Source of the DNA: an uncultured delta proteobacterium
Lineage (GTDB): Bacteria; Desulfobacterota; WTBG01; CAIYCZ01
DNA length: 64,000 nt
Assembly (NCBI GenBank): GCA_963803975.1
Contig: CAWDOY010000047.1
Coordinates: forward strand, 64,001-128,000
Reading direction: 5' to 3'
Shown: piece by piece, positions 11,522 through 21,847 of the stretch
Position numbering within the stretch: position 1 is the first letter of the stretch
How the letters are laid out: each line of letters begins with the position of its first letter
Notes under the pieces: generated by a model
Told to the model about the DNA's origin: nothing
Databases searched by the model: none
Seen by the model: only the letters and a program-made list of their open reading frames with translations
Position numbers and translations under genes: made by a program

Positions 11522-12349
11522 ATGAGAATTCCTTTCTTCAAAATGAGCGGCAGCGGTAATGACTTCATCATTATAGACAACCGCAGCCGCCGGATGGAAC
11601 AGATTGCCCTGCCCGCCTTTGTCCGTGCAGTATGCAGGCGCAATGTTGCTGTCGGTGCAGACGGGCTGATACTGGTGGAAAACCCGCGCACCGCCGGCTG
11701 TGACTTTGCCTGGCGTTTTTTTAACGCGGACGGCAGCGAGGCGGACATGTGCGGCAACGGCGGCCGCTGTGCTGCGCGTTATGCGGTTATAAACAGCATT
11801 GCTGCCGCCAGGCTCTCATTTGAAACCAATGCCGGCATTATTCATGCGGAAGCACATAACGACCGGGTAAAAATTGAGCTGCCGTCCCCGCAGGCAATCG
11901 AAATGAATATAACGGCGGCAGCTGATGATACTCCCCTGCTGCTCCATTTTATTAATACCGGGGTTCCCCATGTGGTGACATTTGTCAGCAATGTGGAGAA
12001 GGTGCAGGTGCGCGAGCAGGGTAAAGCGCTGCGCTTTCATCCGCGTTTTCAGCCTGCCGGCACCAATGTTAATTTTGCAGCAGTGGACGGCCCGGCACAG
12101 CTTTCTGTCCGCACCTATGAGCGGGGCGTTGAGGATGAAACACTGGCATGCGGCACCGGCTCGGTAGCTTCAGCGTTAATAGCTTCCGCCCTGGGAAGCG
12201 TTGTATCCCCGGTGCAGGTCATAACCAGGGGCGGTGAAACGCTGACCGTATACTGTGACAACGCGACCTATCCTTTTGGCCGGGTTTATCTGGAGGGAGC
12301 GGTGCGGGTTGTCTGCAGCGGCGAGATCTGGGAAGAAGCATACCAATGA
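11522..12349 (+). CDS. dapF: Diaminopimelate epimerase
   Basis: KMSGSGNDF, MCGNGGRC, ERGVEDETLACGTG. Confidence 0.96.
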   Translation: MRIPFFKMSGSGNDFIIIDNRSRRMEQIALPAFVRAVCRRNVAVGADGLILVENPRTAGCDFAWRFFNADGSEADMCGNGGRCAARYAVINSIAAARLSFETNAGIIHAEAHNDRVKIELPSPQAIEMNITAAADDTPLLLHFINTGVPHVVTFVSNVEKVQVREQGKALRFHPRFQPAGTNVNFAAVDGPAQLSVRTYERGVEDETLACGTGSVASALIASALGSVVSPVQVITRGGETLTVYCDNATYPFGRVYLEGAVRVVCSGEIWEEAYQ

Positions 12350-12433
12350 GTTGAAGAGTGGGTGAGTGTCGGAGTTGAGGAGTTTTATTCTTCAACTCGT
12401 AACTCCCTGACTCCTGAACTCATAAACTCATCA
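12347..12433. repeat. Intergenic inverted octamer repeat element
   Basis: gagttgaa/gagtgggt/gagtgtcg/gagttgag facing aactc-repeat arm; same family as 7324. Confidence 0.7.
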
Positions 12434-12454
12434 CGGGAAGGAGAACTGCACGAT

Positions 12455-13333
12455 ATGTTTACAGGTTCGATGGTGGCGCTGGTGACACCGTTCAAGAACG
12501 GCAAACTTGATAAAAAGGGGCTGCGGGCACTGGTTAAATTTCACTTAAACAATGGCACTGATGTCATCTCTCCCTGCGGCACCACCGGAGAGGCAGCTAC
12601 GCTCTCTCTTGAAGAACATGAACAGGTGGTCAATATAGTCGTGGATGCTGCCGGCGGGAGGGTGAAGGTACTGGCCGGGACCGGCTCCAACAACACCGCG
12701 GAAGCCCTGCGCCTGACAAAACATGCGGTCAAGGCCGGCGTTGACGGCTGCCTGCTCATTACGCCCTACTACAACCGGCCCACCCAGCAGGGCCTTATTG
12801 CCCACTTTAAGAACATTGCCGAAGCAGTGGACATTCCGCTGGTGCTCTACAATGTGCCCGCCAGGACCGGGGTCAATATACTGCCGGAAACAGTGGCAAA
12901 GCTGGCACAGCTGCGCAACATCGTCGGCATCAAAGAGGCAAGCGGGTCGCTGTCCCAGGTGAGCGAGATAATAAACCTGTGTAAAAAAGATTTTTCCGTT
13001 ATTTCAGGTGATGATGTAAATACCCTGCCTATTATGGCAGTGGGCGGAAAGGGGGTGATATCAGTAACCGCAAACATTGCCCCGCGGCTCGTTTCTTCCC
13101 TGGTGCGGGCCTTTGAACAGGGGCGTCTTGATGAAGCACAGCGTATTCACCATCGACTGCTGCCTCTGCATAACGCTATGTTTCTGCAGACCAATCCGAT
13201 CCCGGTAAAGACGGCTCTGGGACTCATGGGCATAATCTCTTCAGAGATGCGTCTTCCCATGTGCCCCATGCCTAAGGATCTTACAGAGAAGCTGAGGGGA
13301 ATTCTCAAACAATACGGGTTAGTCAAATCGTAA
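12455..13333 (+). CDS. dapA: 4-hydroxy-tetrahydrodipicolinate synthase
   Basis: GTTGE, PYYNRP, LYNVPART, IKEASG. ATG 12455 has a GAAGGAG RBS. Confidence 0.96.
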   Translation: MFTGSMVALVTPFKNGKLDKKGLRALVKFHLNNGTDVISPCGTTGEAATLSLEEHEQVVNIVVDAAGGRVKVLAGTGSNNTAEALRLTKHAVKAGVDGCLLITPYYNRPTQQGLIAHFKNIAEAVDIPLVLYNVPARTGVNILPETVAKLAQLRNIVGIKEASGSLSQVSEIINLCKKDFSVISGDDVNTLPIMAVGGKGVISVTANIAPRLVSSLVRAFEQGRLDEAQRIHHRLLPLHNAMFLQTNPIPVKTALGLMGIISSEMRLPMCPMPKDLTEKLRGILKQYGLVKS

Positions 13334-13360
13334 TACCACAAAAACGAAAGGAGTTAGTCT

Positions 13361-14311
13361 ATGAGAAAAGTTTTACTGATTACCGCACTGATCGTTGGCG
13401 CAGCCATCCTCACCATGCCGTTTGCAGCCATGGCAAAGGAGGCGGCAAAAGTTTACGCAACCGTTGGCAACGAAACAATCACCCAGGCTGATATTGACTC
13501 TAAAACATCCATGCTGCCGCCGCAGTTCCGGGCACGCTACGAAACTGCTGATGGAAAGAAAAAGCTGGTGGAGCAGCTGACCAAAATGAGCCTCCTCTCC
13601 CAGGAAGCGCGCCGGCTGAACCTTGATAAAAAAGAAGAGGTGGCCAAACGCATCAAGGAAATCGCCGATAACCTCATCATTCAGGAGCTGATTAAACAGG
13701 AAGTCATTGATAAAATTAAGGTGAGTGATGCGGACCTGGAAAAATACTACAAGGAACACCAGCAGGAGTTCATCGAACCGGAGAAGGTAAAGGTCAACAT
13801 TATCATGTTCAAGCTGAAAGACAATGCAACCCCTGAGGAGAAGAAAGCACAGAAGAAAAAAGCCGACCTGGCACTGAAGCGCTTAAAGAAGGGGGATGAT
13901 TTTGAGAAGCTGGCAAAGGAAGTTTCAGAAGATGAGCGCACCAAGAACAGCGGCGGCAATACCGGATTTTTCTCAAAAGGGAAACGCATGAATACCTACG
14001 GAGAGAAAGTTGAGGAAAAAGCCTTTGCTCTCAAGACAGGACAGATAAGCGACATCATTGAAGAGAAAAACGGCTATTACATTATAAAAGTGGGTGAGAA
14101 GAAGCCGCAAAAAGAGGAGACCTTCCAGGAAGCCAAAAGCAAAATTGAGCGACGGATGCAGCAGGAGGAACAGAAAAAGGCCTATGATACCTACCTTGAG
14201 TCGCTGAAAAAACAGTATCCGGTCAAGATCAACGAAGAAAATATCGCCGCCGGAGCACCGGCATCACCGCCAGCTCCACAGCCGCAGCAGCCGAAACCTG
14301 CTCAGCCGTAA
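13361..14311 (+). CDS. Exported PpiC/parvulin-type peptidyl-prolyl isomerase (SurA/PrsA-like)
   Basis: Signal peptide; DFEKLAKEVSED..TKNSGGNTG, AFALKTGQISDII, GYYIIKV. Confidence 0.85.
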   Translation: MRKVLLITALIVGAAILTMPFAAMAKEAAKVYATVGNETITQADIDSKTSMLPPQFRARYETADGKKKLVEQLTKMSLLSQEARRLNLDKKEEVAKRIKEIADNLIIQELIKQEVIDKIKVSDADLEKYYKEHQQEFIEPEKVKVNIIMFKLKDNATPEEKKAQKKKADLALKRLKKGDDFEKLAKEVSEDERTKNSGGNTGFFSKGKRMNTYGEKVEEKAFALKTGQISDIIEEKNGYYIIKVGEKKPQKEETFQEAKSKIERRMQQEEQKKAYDTYLESLKKQYPVKINEENIAAGAPASPPAPQPQQPKPAQP

Positions 14312-14323
14312 CGTGTTTATATT

Positions 14324-14353
14324 GAGGAGGGCCACCAGCCCTCCTCTTTTTTT
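14324..14353 (+). terminator. Rho-independent terminator
   Basis: GAGGAGGGC-cacca-GCCCTCCTC followed by a T run. Confidence 0.85.
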
Positions 14354-14506
14354 AGTTCCTCTTTCTGCCTGCTTGATTCACAGGAACCGGCCATGCTGCT
14401 GCGGTTCGGTATCGGCAGCGTCATGGTAAAAGTTCTTGAAAAAGACCGCTATTACCGCGTTACCCGCAGCAGAAATAACAACGGCTGAGCCGGCAGGTGC
14501 TTCCCA

Positions 14507-14535
14507 TTGACTTATGCAATCCCTTTCATTATAGT
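14507..14535 (+). promoter_or_regulatory. Putative sigma70 promoter
   Basis: TTGACT-17nt-TATAGT upstream of the DUF1846 gene. Confidence 0.5.
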
Positions 14536-14621
14536 TCCATCCCATAGAGGCAACTCCCGGTCATGCCTACACCTGCAGAGACAATAATCCGCGATCAGGT
14601 AATCAGCAGGAAGGGTACACG

Positions 14622-16140
14622 ATGAAAAACAGAATCGGCTTTGACAATAAACGCTATTTACAGGAGCAGACAGCCGCAATTCTTGAGCGGGTGCAGATGT
14701 TCGGCAACACGCTGTATCTTGAATTCGGCGGGAAACTGCTTTTTGATTATCATGCGTCCCGGGTGCTGCCGGGCTTTCATCCCAACGTGAAGATGGAGCT
14801 TCTGCAGAAGCTTAAAGACCGGGCCGATATAGTGCTCTGCATCTACGCCGGAGACATTGAGAGAAAAAAAGTTCGCGCTGATTTCGGCATCACCTATGAC
14901 GCAGATGCTCTCAAGCTGATTGATGATTTAAAAGACTGGGGCCTTGAAATAGCCGCGGTGGTGATCACCCGCTTTGACAACCAGCCAGCGGCAAAAATAT
15001 TTAAAAATAAACTCGAGCGCCGCGGTATCAGGGTCTGCGTGCACCGCTTCACCAAAGGCTACCCCACGGACGTGAACACCATTGTCAGCGATGAGGGGTA
15101 CGGCAGCAATGAGTATATAGAAACAAAGAAGCAGCTGGTGGTGGTTACCGGTCCCGGCCCCGGCAGCGGCAAGCTTGCCACCTGTCTTTCACAATTATAT
15201 CATGAGCACAAGCGGGGCGTTCAGGCCGGCTATGCAAAGCTTGAAACGTTCCCGGTGTGGAACCTCCCGCTCAAGCATCCGGTCAATGTCGCCTATGAAG
15301 CCGCCACTGCCGATATCATGGACTTTAACCAGATCGATCCGTTTCACCTGGAAGCCCACAACAAAACCGCCATCAACTACAACCGCGACATTGAAATCTT
15401 CCCGGTGCTTAAAAGGATACTGGAAAAAATATCGGGAGCAGGGTCAGTATATAAGTCCCCCACGGACATGGGTGTTAACAGGGTGGGCTTCGCCATTACT
15501 GATGATGCCATTGTTCAGGAGGCGGCAAAGCAGGAGTTCATCCGGCGGTATTTCAGGTATAACTGCGAATACGCGATGGGCTTTGTGGAGAAGGAGGCGG
15601 TGCAGCGGGTTGAGCTGCTCATGAACGAGCTGGATATCAAGATCGACGATAGAAAAGTTGTTGCCATGGCCCGCAGCGCGGCCGCTGAAGCCCAGCAGCA
15701 GCAGAAAGGCAACGAGGGCATCTTCTGCGGCGCTGCCATTGAACTGCCGGATGGCACCATTGTTACCGGCAATAACTCCTCGCTGCTGCACGCGGCATCC
15801 AGCAGCGTTATCAATGCCATAAAAAAGCTTGCAGAAATACCGGCAAAAATTCACCTGCTGCCCCAGAACATCACCGAAACAATCGCACAGTTTAAAACAA
15901 ACATTCTGGCGCGCTAAAACCGCAAGCCTTGACCTGGAAGAAACACTCATAGCGCTCAGCATCAGCGCCATGTCAAACCCCGCAGCACAACTGGCAATTG
16001 AGCAGTTGAAAGAGCTCAGGGACTGCGAGATGCATATAACGCACATCCCGACCCCTGGTGATGAGGGAGGCCTGCGCAGGCTGGGAATAAATGTCACCAG
16101 CGATCCTGATTTTTCAACCAAGAATCTTTTTTTGCAGTAA
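14622..16140 (+). CDS. DUF1846/UPF0371 family protein, split by a +1 frameshift near 15909
   Basis: [37 protein letters not shown]-terminal part lies in ORF 15829-16140 ([16 protein letters not shown]). Confidence 0.85.
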
Positions 16141-16182
16141 GCCTGAGTGTTACTGGAAGACGGGGACATTGCCGGAAACGAG

Positions 16183-17220
16183 TTAGTCCCACAGGTGGGC
16201 GAGTTTTCTCTTAAGCTCTTTCTTGTCGGGATAAAAGGCGTGATCAAGCGCAGTTCTATTGAGCGCCTTTAAGTCCTCCCGGGTCACGCCAAGCTCCTGG
16301 ATGGCAGTTACATATTCATCAGTCAGCGTGATGCCGGATATGGCGGGGTCATCGGTATTGAGGTTGAGCGGTACCTTCTGCTGCATGAGCTGTTTTATGG
16401 GATGCTCCTTCATGGAGGCTACCACCCCGGTATGACAGTTACTGGTAAGGCTCACCTCAAGTAAAATATTTTTTTTCCGCAACAGCTCTACGACAGCTGC
16501 ATCGTCCACCGCCCTGATGCCGTGGCCAATGCGGTCAGCATGAAACTCCTCAACTGCCTGCCGCACGTTTGCCGCACCGCCTGCTTCCCCGGCATGGATG
16601 GTCAGCCCCAGCCCTGCCTGCTTGGCCAGGGCAAAAAGTCTTGCATAGGGGTGCGCATTATTGTTCACCTCATCACCGGCCAGATCAAGGCCATAAAACG
16701 ATCCGGGCGGCAGGCTCGCAATCATGGCAACGGTCTGCTCCGCGGTCGCAACACCATAGTCCCTGCTGATGGTAAGGATGGGGGTAACGATAATATCAAA
16801 GCTTTTACTGGCACGGGCTATAGCGCCACTCACACAGTGTACAACATCACCTTCGCTGAAACGTTCACTGCAGGCAAAGTGGGTTGGGCTGTAGCGCAGT
16901 TCCAGGTATCTGACCCCGTCTTCTGCCGCATTCTGGACTGCCCTGAAAGCTATCTCTTCGACAGCCGCAAGGCATGGATAAAAGCAACGGAATACTTTGA
17001 ACTTGCTGAGAAAATTTTGGAAGCTGGGTGGGTCGTCAACTACCTGTATCAGCGGCCGCAGGGCTTCAACCTCATAGGCAGGCAGATCTCCACCGTATTT
17101 GCGGGCAATCTCTACAAAGGTCTCCGGCAGGATGCTCCCCTCAAGGTGACGATGGAGGTCTGTTTTGGGAAATATTTTTATCTGCTCAAGAAGAAGTTTT
17201 CTATTCATATCCATGGACAA
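16183..17220 (-). CDS. add: Adenosine deaminase
   Basis: DLHRHLEGS, DLAGDE, TIHAGE, RIGHG, LNTDDP. Confidence 0.9.
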   Translation of the reverse strand: MSMDMNRKLLLEQIKIFPKTDLHRHLEGSILPETFVEIARKYGGDLPAYEVEALRPLIQVVDDPPSFQNFLSKFKVFRCFYPCLAAVEEIAFRAVQNAAEDGVRYLELRYSPTHFACSERFSEGDVVHCVSGAIARASKSFDIIVTPILTISRDYGVATAEQTVAMIASLPPGSFYGLDLAGDEVNNNAHPYARLFALAKQAGLGLTIHAGEAGGAANVRQAVEEFHADRIGHGIRAVDDAAVVELLRKKNILLEVSLTSNCHTGVVASMKEHPIKQLMQQKVPLNLNTDDPAISGITLTDEYVTAIQELGVTREDLKALNRTALDHAFYPDKKELKRKLAHLWD

Positions 17221-17303
17221 TTGCGCTATTATTTATCTATAAATTATGTATAAAGTAGTCAAGCTTATAAAATATCGGAATAAAATTTAATAACTATAAC
17301 AAA

Positions 17304-17867
17304 ATGACAGCACGTAACCGACACCGTTTCCAGACTATCTTTTTCTGTATAGTATTAGTCATACCCCTTTTTTGCTCGGGGTGTGGAGAAACGGAACAGC
17401 CCCCGTTTTTCACGGCACAGGTTCATCGACATCTGGAACCAGACGTTTACAGATAGAAAATTTTAAAATATTGTATGCGTGGGAAGAGAGAGGAGAAACC
17501 CCGTTCCTCAGACCCTATGATTATCATGCCAGGGAACTGATTGTTGAGGTTATGGTACCCATTCCGGGAGATGCGCATCGCGTGGATGTTGTAACCAGGA
17601 AGATACCATTTCAAAATCTTGAAGCAATTTGAGTTTATCCGCGGCGCAGCAGACAAATACTATTAAAATCGTGTTGAACAACAATGAGGAAATTCTGGCA
17701 ACGGACAAATTCCCGCGAGTTTGAAAAAAGGGGGCGCTACCGGCCTTGCAGATTATGCAACCTTCGTTGAAGGCGTCACGGTTAAGGACGGCAAGCGGGA
17801 AAAATTCAAAGCTGATTTGTATAACATAAAAAAGGTGGTACTGCTACCGGCAGCGCTGCCGGGCTAA
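17304..17867 (+). CDS. Hypothetical membrane-anchored protein broken by several frameshifts
   Basis: Coding-like pieces in alternating frames: MTARNRHRFQTIFF, CIVLVIPLFLLGVWRNG..., NTIKIVLNNNEEILAT, IPASLKKGGATG...LPAALPG*. Confidence 0.45.
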
Positions 17868-17961
17868 CGGAAAATATTTAAATATGGATTGCAGGATAAG
17901 TTCATACAATAAAGCCGCACGCCTGACTCTTCAAGCATAGTTAGTATGAACCCTGCCCTTT

Positions 17962-18991
17962 TTAATAACTGATTTTTTTCTCCGGCCATCCTTTCGAACA
18001 GGATATCTTCCCGCCTTCAGAAACAATGAGCGCTTCCGCCCCACGCAGACTCTCTACCATGCGCATGCCCTGCTCCGGGCCCAGCACAAACAGGGCGGTC
18101 GAAAGCGCATCACTGGTCATACCATCTGGCGCAATAACACTCACCGACTGCATGTGCGGCACCGGCATGCCGCTGCGCGGGTCAATAATATGGGTTCTTC
18201 TTTTACCGTTCTTTTTATAAAAGTTTTCGTAATCGCCGGAGGTTGAAGTTGAACTGTTCTGCAATGATATGACGGTCAGCAGACCTCCCTGCTTGCGCGG
18301 ATGCTGAACACCGACCTGCCAGTGTGTTCCATCAGGTTTTTTACCCAGGGCGCAGACCGTGCCGCCGGTGATCACCAGGGCATTCTGAATGCCCCGTTTT
18401 TTCAGAACAGCCATGGCCTTGTCTGCAACAAAACCTTTAGAAAAAGACCCCACATCTATCCACATGCCCTTTTTCGCAAGCCTTCCGGTTCTCTGCACCG
18501 TGCCGGCTATGGGTGTCTCAGACAAGTTCGATCTCCCGATAATTAACCCGGGATTTTGCCCGGCGTATGGTCTGCGCATCCGGCTCACTCCCGGACAATC
18601 CAACCTCATCCCTGCCGAAGCCCCACAGCTTGAGCAGGGGTCCTACGGTGATATCAAGCGCTCCTCCGGTAATGCTGCAGAAGAAAACCGCCCGCTTCAG
18701 CGCCTCCATGGTCTCCGGGCTTAACGGAACCGGGGCCCCGCCTGCCTGTTGATTGATATGTGAAACGTCACTTCCCGGATCATAGGTATTGAGCAGGCTA
18801 TTGACGCGCTCCATCTCGGAGAATGCTTCTTCTATTGTCGCGTCCGCATTATTCCCCCATGCCTTGATTTCTACAAAGGTATGGAGCATAGGCTTTGAGC
18901 GCGCGATTATCTCAGGGGGACCGGAAAAAGCAGGTGAACAAAGGCAGCAAACCATAATTAGAAAGGGCCAGAAATAATATATTTTTTTCAT
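17962..18991 (-). CDS. apbE: FAD:protein FMN transferase (ApbE family), split by a frameshift near 18525
   Basis: GALDITVGPLLKLWGF, IDVGSFSKGFVAD, STSGDYENF, HIIDPRSG, SDALSTALFVLG. Confidence 0.88.
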
Positions 18992-19098
18992 TTATTTTCT
19001 ATCCCTCGCAACCGTTCATCCAGCGGAATAGTATATATAATTGATTATAGACATTTTTTTTAAAAAAAGGCATATATAAACATTTAAACAGGATTTTT

Positions 19099-19815
19099 AT
19101 GAAGCAGACCTTTTTCATTGCAGACGTTCATCTGGATCGGGAATACCCTGAGAGAAAAGAATTGCTGCTCTCATTTTTGGATATGCTGCAGGCCGCAGGA
19201 GGAGATCTCTATATCCTGGGAGACTTCTTTGATTTCTGGGCCAATAATAAAACTGTTTTAAATGATAACCATGCGGTTTTATCGATCATGAAGGAGATAA
19301 CATCACGGGGCTCAAAAATCTATATGCTCATTGGCAACCGTGATCTCCTGCTGCAGCAGAAGGCGCTGACACCATTTGGCATCACGTTCCTGGGTGAAGA
19401 AGCTACCATCACGCTTGACCATAAAAAAATATTTCTCACCCACGGGCACTTACTCTGTACCATGGATTTAAAGTTTCAGCAGTACAAAAAAAGAGTGTGG
19501 CCGCTCTACCGGTTTCTTGACAGAATACTGCCCGGATGGATAGAAAATTATCTTGCCAGAAAATTTATTATCACCAGTAAAAAAGTGATAGATTCCCAGG
19601 ACCAGTCCCGTTTTCAATTTTCAACTGCGGCGCTCACCGGCTGTTTTAGCCGCGGCATCGATGTAATCATCTGCGGCCATGCCCATAAAGCCGCAGCAGA
19701 ATCATTTGACGAAAAGCTTTTTTACACACTGCCTGCGTGGGACCGGGGCGCCGGAGGCTATCTCAAATATGGTGACGGCGGCTTTGCTCTCCATGCTGTT
19801 CCCGCGCGCTCGTAA
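19099..19815 (+). CDS. lpxH: UDP-2,3-diacylglucosamine hydrolase-like metallophosphoesterase
   Basis: IADVHL, LGDFFDFW, GNRD, THG, CGHAH. Confidence 0.75.
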   Translation: MKQTFFIADVHLDREYPERKELLLSFLDMLQAAGGDLYILGDFFDFWANNKTVLNDNHAVLSIMKEITSRGSKIYMLIGNRDLLLQQKALTPFGITFLGEEATITLDHKKIFLTHGHLLCTMDLKFQQYKKRVWPLYRFLDRILPGWIENYLARKFIITSKKVIDSQDQSRFQFSTAALTGCFSRGIDVIICGHAHKAAAESFDEKLFYTLPAWDRGAGGYLKYGDGGFALHAVPARS

Positions 19816-19834
19816 TTAGAAAGGCTCAGGTACT

Positions 19835-20551
19835 ATGTATCGCAAAAATTTTATTGTCCCGCTTATAGTAATTGGCATAGTATACGGGGCCTATATCGCG
19901 TTTAACTTTGCTGTCTGCAAAATTATCGAAACACGCCTCACCCATACGCTGGGCCTTAAAGCACGGATTGGCAGCTTCAGGCTGTATCCCTGGCGGGGCA
20001 TGATAGCAATTGAAAAATTTACTATTGCCAATCCCGAAGGCTTTTCCAATAAACCCATTTTTTCCATAAAAACATGCTCTGCTACTGTTAAACTTTCCTC
20101 CCTTACCCACGATATAATTCCTATCGAGGAATTTAAGCTGCACGGGATTGGCATTAATGTTGAGCACAATAAAGACTCGTTAAATCTTGACTGGCTGAAA
20201 CATGACGTTAGCCCGCGCGCTGCCCTTAAGGACAGCGATGATGCAGACAAGCAGGAGCATCAGGATGGGCCGCAAAAGAAACTCTTCTTGATTAATCGCT
20301 TAAAAGCAAAAAACATAGAAGTGCGGTTTGCTTCAGCCTCCATGGGGCTCAAAGCAATTCATTTTAAAATTCCTGGTGTGGTGATCAATGATTTTTCTGA
20401 GCCTGATGGCAGGCCACTGGCAATTGATGAAATTTTATATAAACTGGTCTGTACCATCATAGATAAACTCTCAGCCCAGGGACCTGCGAACTATCAAAAA
20501 GAAATTAAAAAATTTTTAATGGAACAGCTGAAAAATTATTATAAAAAATAA
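19835..20551 (+). CDS. AsmA-like membrane-anchored protein
   Basis: N-terminal TM; IANPEGFS and beta-rich segments typical of AsmA/DUF748-like proteins. Confidence 0.55.
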   Translation: MYRKNFIVPLIVIGIVYGAYIAFNFAVCKIIETRLTHTLGLKARIGSFRLYPWRGMIAIEKFTIANPEGFSNKPIFSIKTCSATVKLSSLTHDIIPIEEFKLHGIGINVEHNKDSLNLDWLKHDVSPRAALKDSDDADKQEHQDGPQKKLFLINRLKAKNIEVRFASASMGLKAIHFKIPGVVINDFSEPDGRPLAIDEILYKLVCTIIDKLSAQGPANYQKEIKKFLMEQLKNYYKK

Positions 20552-20564
20552 AACCTGCTCTCTT

Positions 20565-20867
20565 TCATGGGCCGCTTCGATTTTCTATAAATTTTTTCTC
20601 GCCATAGAAAACAGGGTCCTGGATATGCTCACCTTTACACAGCGGGCATCTGCTTGGCGCCCTGAGATGTTCCCGCTTGGTAAACCGGAATCCGCAGCCT
20701 AAACATTCCGCAGGCACCATTCTAAACTCGCTCTTCAGCGATCGCTGTATGTAGCGCAAATGATCATAGACCTCTTTTTCAGTTATATGCTGCAGTTTGG
20801 AAATATCCCGCGCAGTCCACTTCCCTTCATACAGTAACGCAATAATGTTTTTACGCACTGTTGCCAT
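20565..20867 (-). CDS. HTH plus Zn-ribbon putative transcriptional regulator (COG3357-like)
   Basis: TARDISK..EKEVYDHL HTH; CLGCGF...RCPLCK zinc ribbon. Confidence 0.7.
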   Translation of the reverse strand: MATVRKNIIALLYEGKWTARDISKLQHITEKEVYDHLRYIQRSLKSEFRMVPAECLGCGFRFTKREHLRAPSRCPLCKGEHIQDPVFYGEKKFIENRSGP

Positions 20868-21398
20868 AGTGAGTTCCTCCGGACAATAGATGGTTAGCTA
20901 TTAATCTGAAATTTGTAATAATAAATATTTCCGCAATAATTATTACTAAAATTAATTTCTAAGATTTTAACATGAACTATTGCCATAAAATGAGACGTAT
21001 CATTTTGTTTTGGTCACTCTGAAATAATAACGATTGCTATGAAAATATTTAAAAAAATTAATGGATTATTTACTACCGTTACTTGCGATAAAAAATCCAT
21101 AAATTGTTTTCAATATGCTGATTAAACATGATATTTATATATATAGGTGATATGATACATATTGAACTTATTGCATACATAAAATTAAATTGAAATTTTT
21201 ATTTTGACAAATAGAGACAAAATGAATTAATATGATATTATAAGACAACATATTGTAATTATATTTTTTATTATTACAATAAAACATAAATAAGATTCAT
21301 GAGAGCTAATTAAATTATAAGCCTTGCTAATATTATTTTTTAACTTGTAATTTATAATAGTAGAGGGGCAAAAAGTACAGCAAAGGGAGGAAGCCGAC

Positions 21399-21584
21399 AT
21401 GAGAAGAAAAAATAAAGAGTTAAATTCAGATACCTCTATTCTCACAGCAGACGAAGTGGCAGAGTATTTAAAGCTCTCCAAAATCACCGTCTACAAGCTG
21501 GCAAAACAAGGGTCTATTCCCGGATTCAGAGTTGGTGGCTCATGGAGATTTAATAGATCATTCATCGAAAAAATGATGAAATAA
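21399..21584 (+). CDS. Excisionase-family (HTH_17) small DNA-binding protein
   Basis: LTADEVAEYLKLSKITVYKLAKQGSIPGFRVGGSWRF; strong AGGGAGG RBS. Confidence 0.85.
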   Translation: MRRKNKELNSDTSILTADEVAEYLKLSKITVYKLAKQGSIPGFRVGGSWRFNRSFIEKMMK

Positions 21585-21604
21585 ATTTGCGGAAGTTCGA
21601 CTTG

Positions 21605-21644
21605 AAAAAAGAGTTCTCGTCACGATGACAGAGAACTCTTTTTT
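21605..21644. terminator. Bidirectional terminator between the HTH gene and tRNA-Met
   Basis: AAAAAAGAGTTCTC...GAGAACTCTTTTTT inverted repeat. Confidence 0.8.
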
Positions 21645-21727
21645 ATTTTAAACCTGCCAGATACTTTTTATGCATATACGGGGGAATCTTTTTTACAGGG
21701 AAAAGGCTGTTGCAGGGAAGATGAAGG

Positions 21728-21804
21728 TGGTGGCGGTGCAGGGATTCGAACCCCGGACACTGCGGATATGAGCCGCATGCTCTAGCCACCTGAGCTACAC
21801 CGCC
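21728..21804 (-). tRNA. tRNA-Met (CAT), elongator type
   Basis: Reverse complement reads GGCGGTGTAGCTCAG...GCGGCT-CAT-ATCCGC...GGTTCGAATCC...CCGCCACCA. 77 nt, paired G1-C72. Confidence 0.93.
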
Positions 21805-21847
21805 GTATAAAGAATCATGAACTATCGCTTCAGTGAAACAGTAAATT

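Noticed and set aside
2846..12433. Periodic intergenic repeats as CRISPR arrays
   Set aside because: Units are 7-10 nt with no unique spacers, and there are no cas genes.
13333..13361. dapB absent after dapA; argC/argJ absent from the arg cluster
   Set aside because: These are commonly encoded elsewhere and cannot be judged from one window.
14393..14488. 31-aa ORF MLLRFGIGSVMVKVLEKDRYYRVTRSRNNNG
   Set aside because: Weak RBS, no motif and no other support; possibly a remnant.
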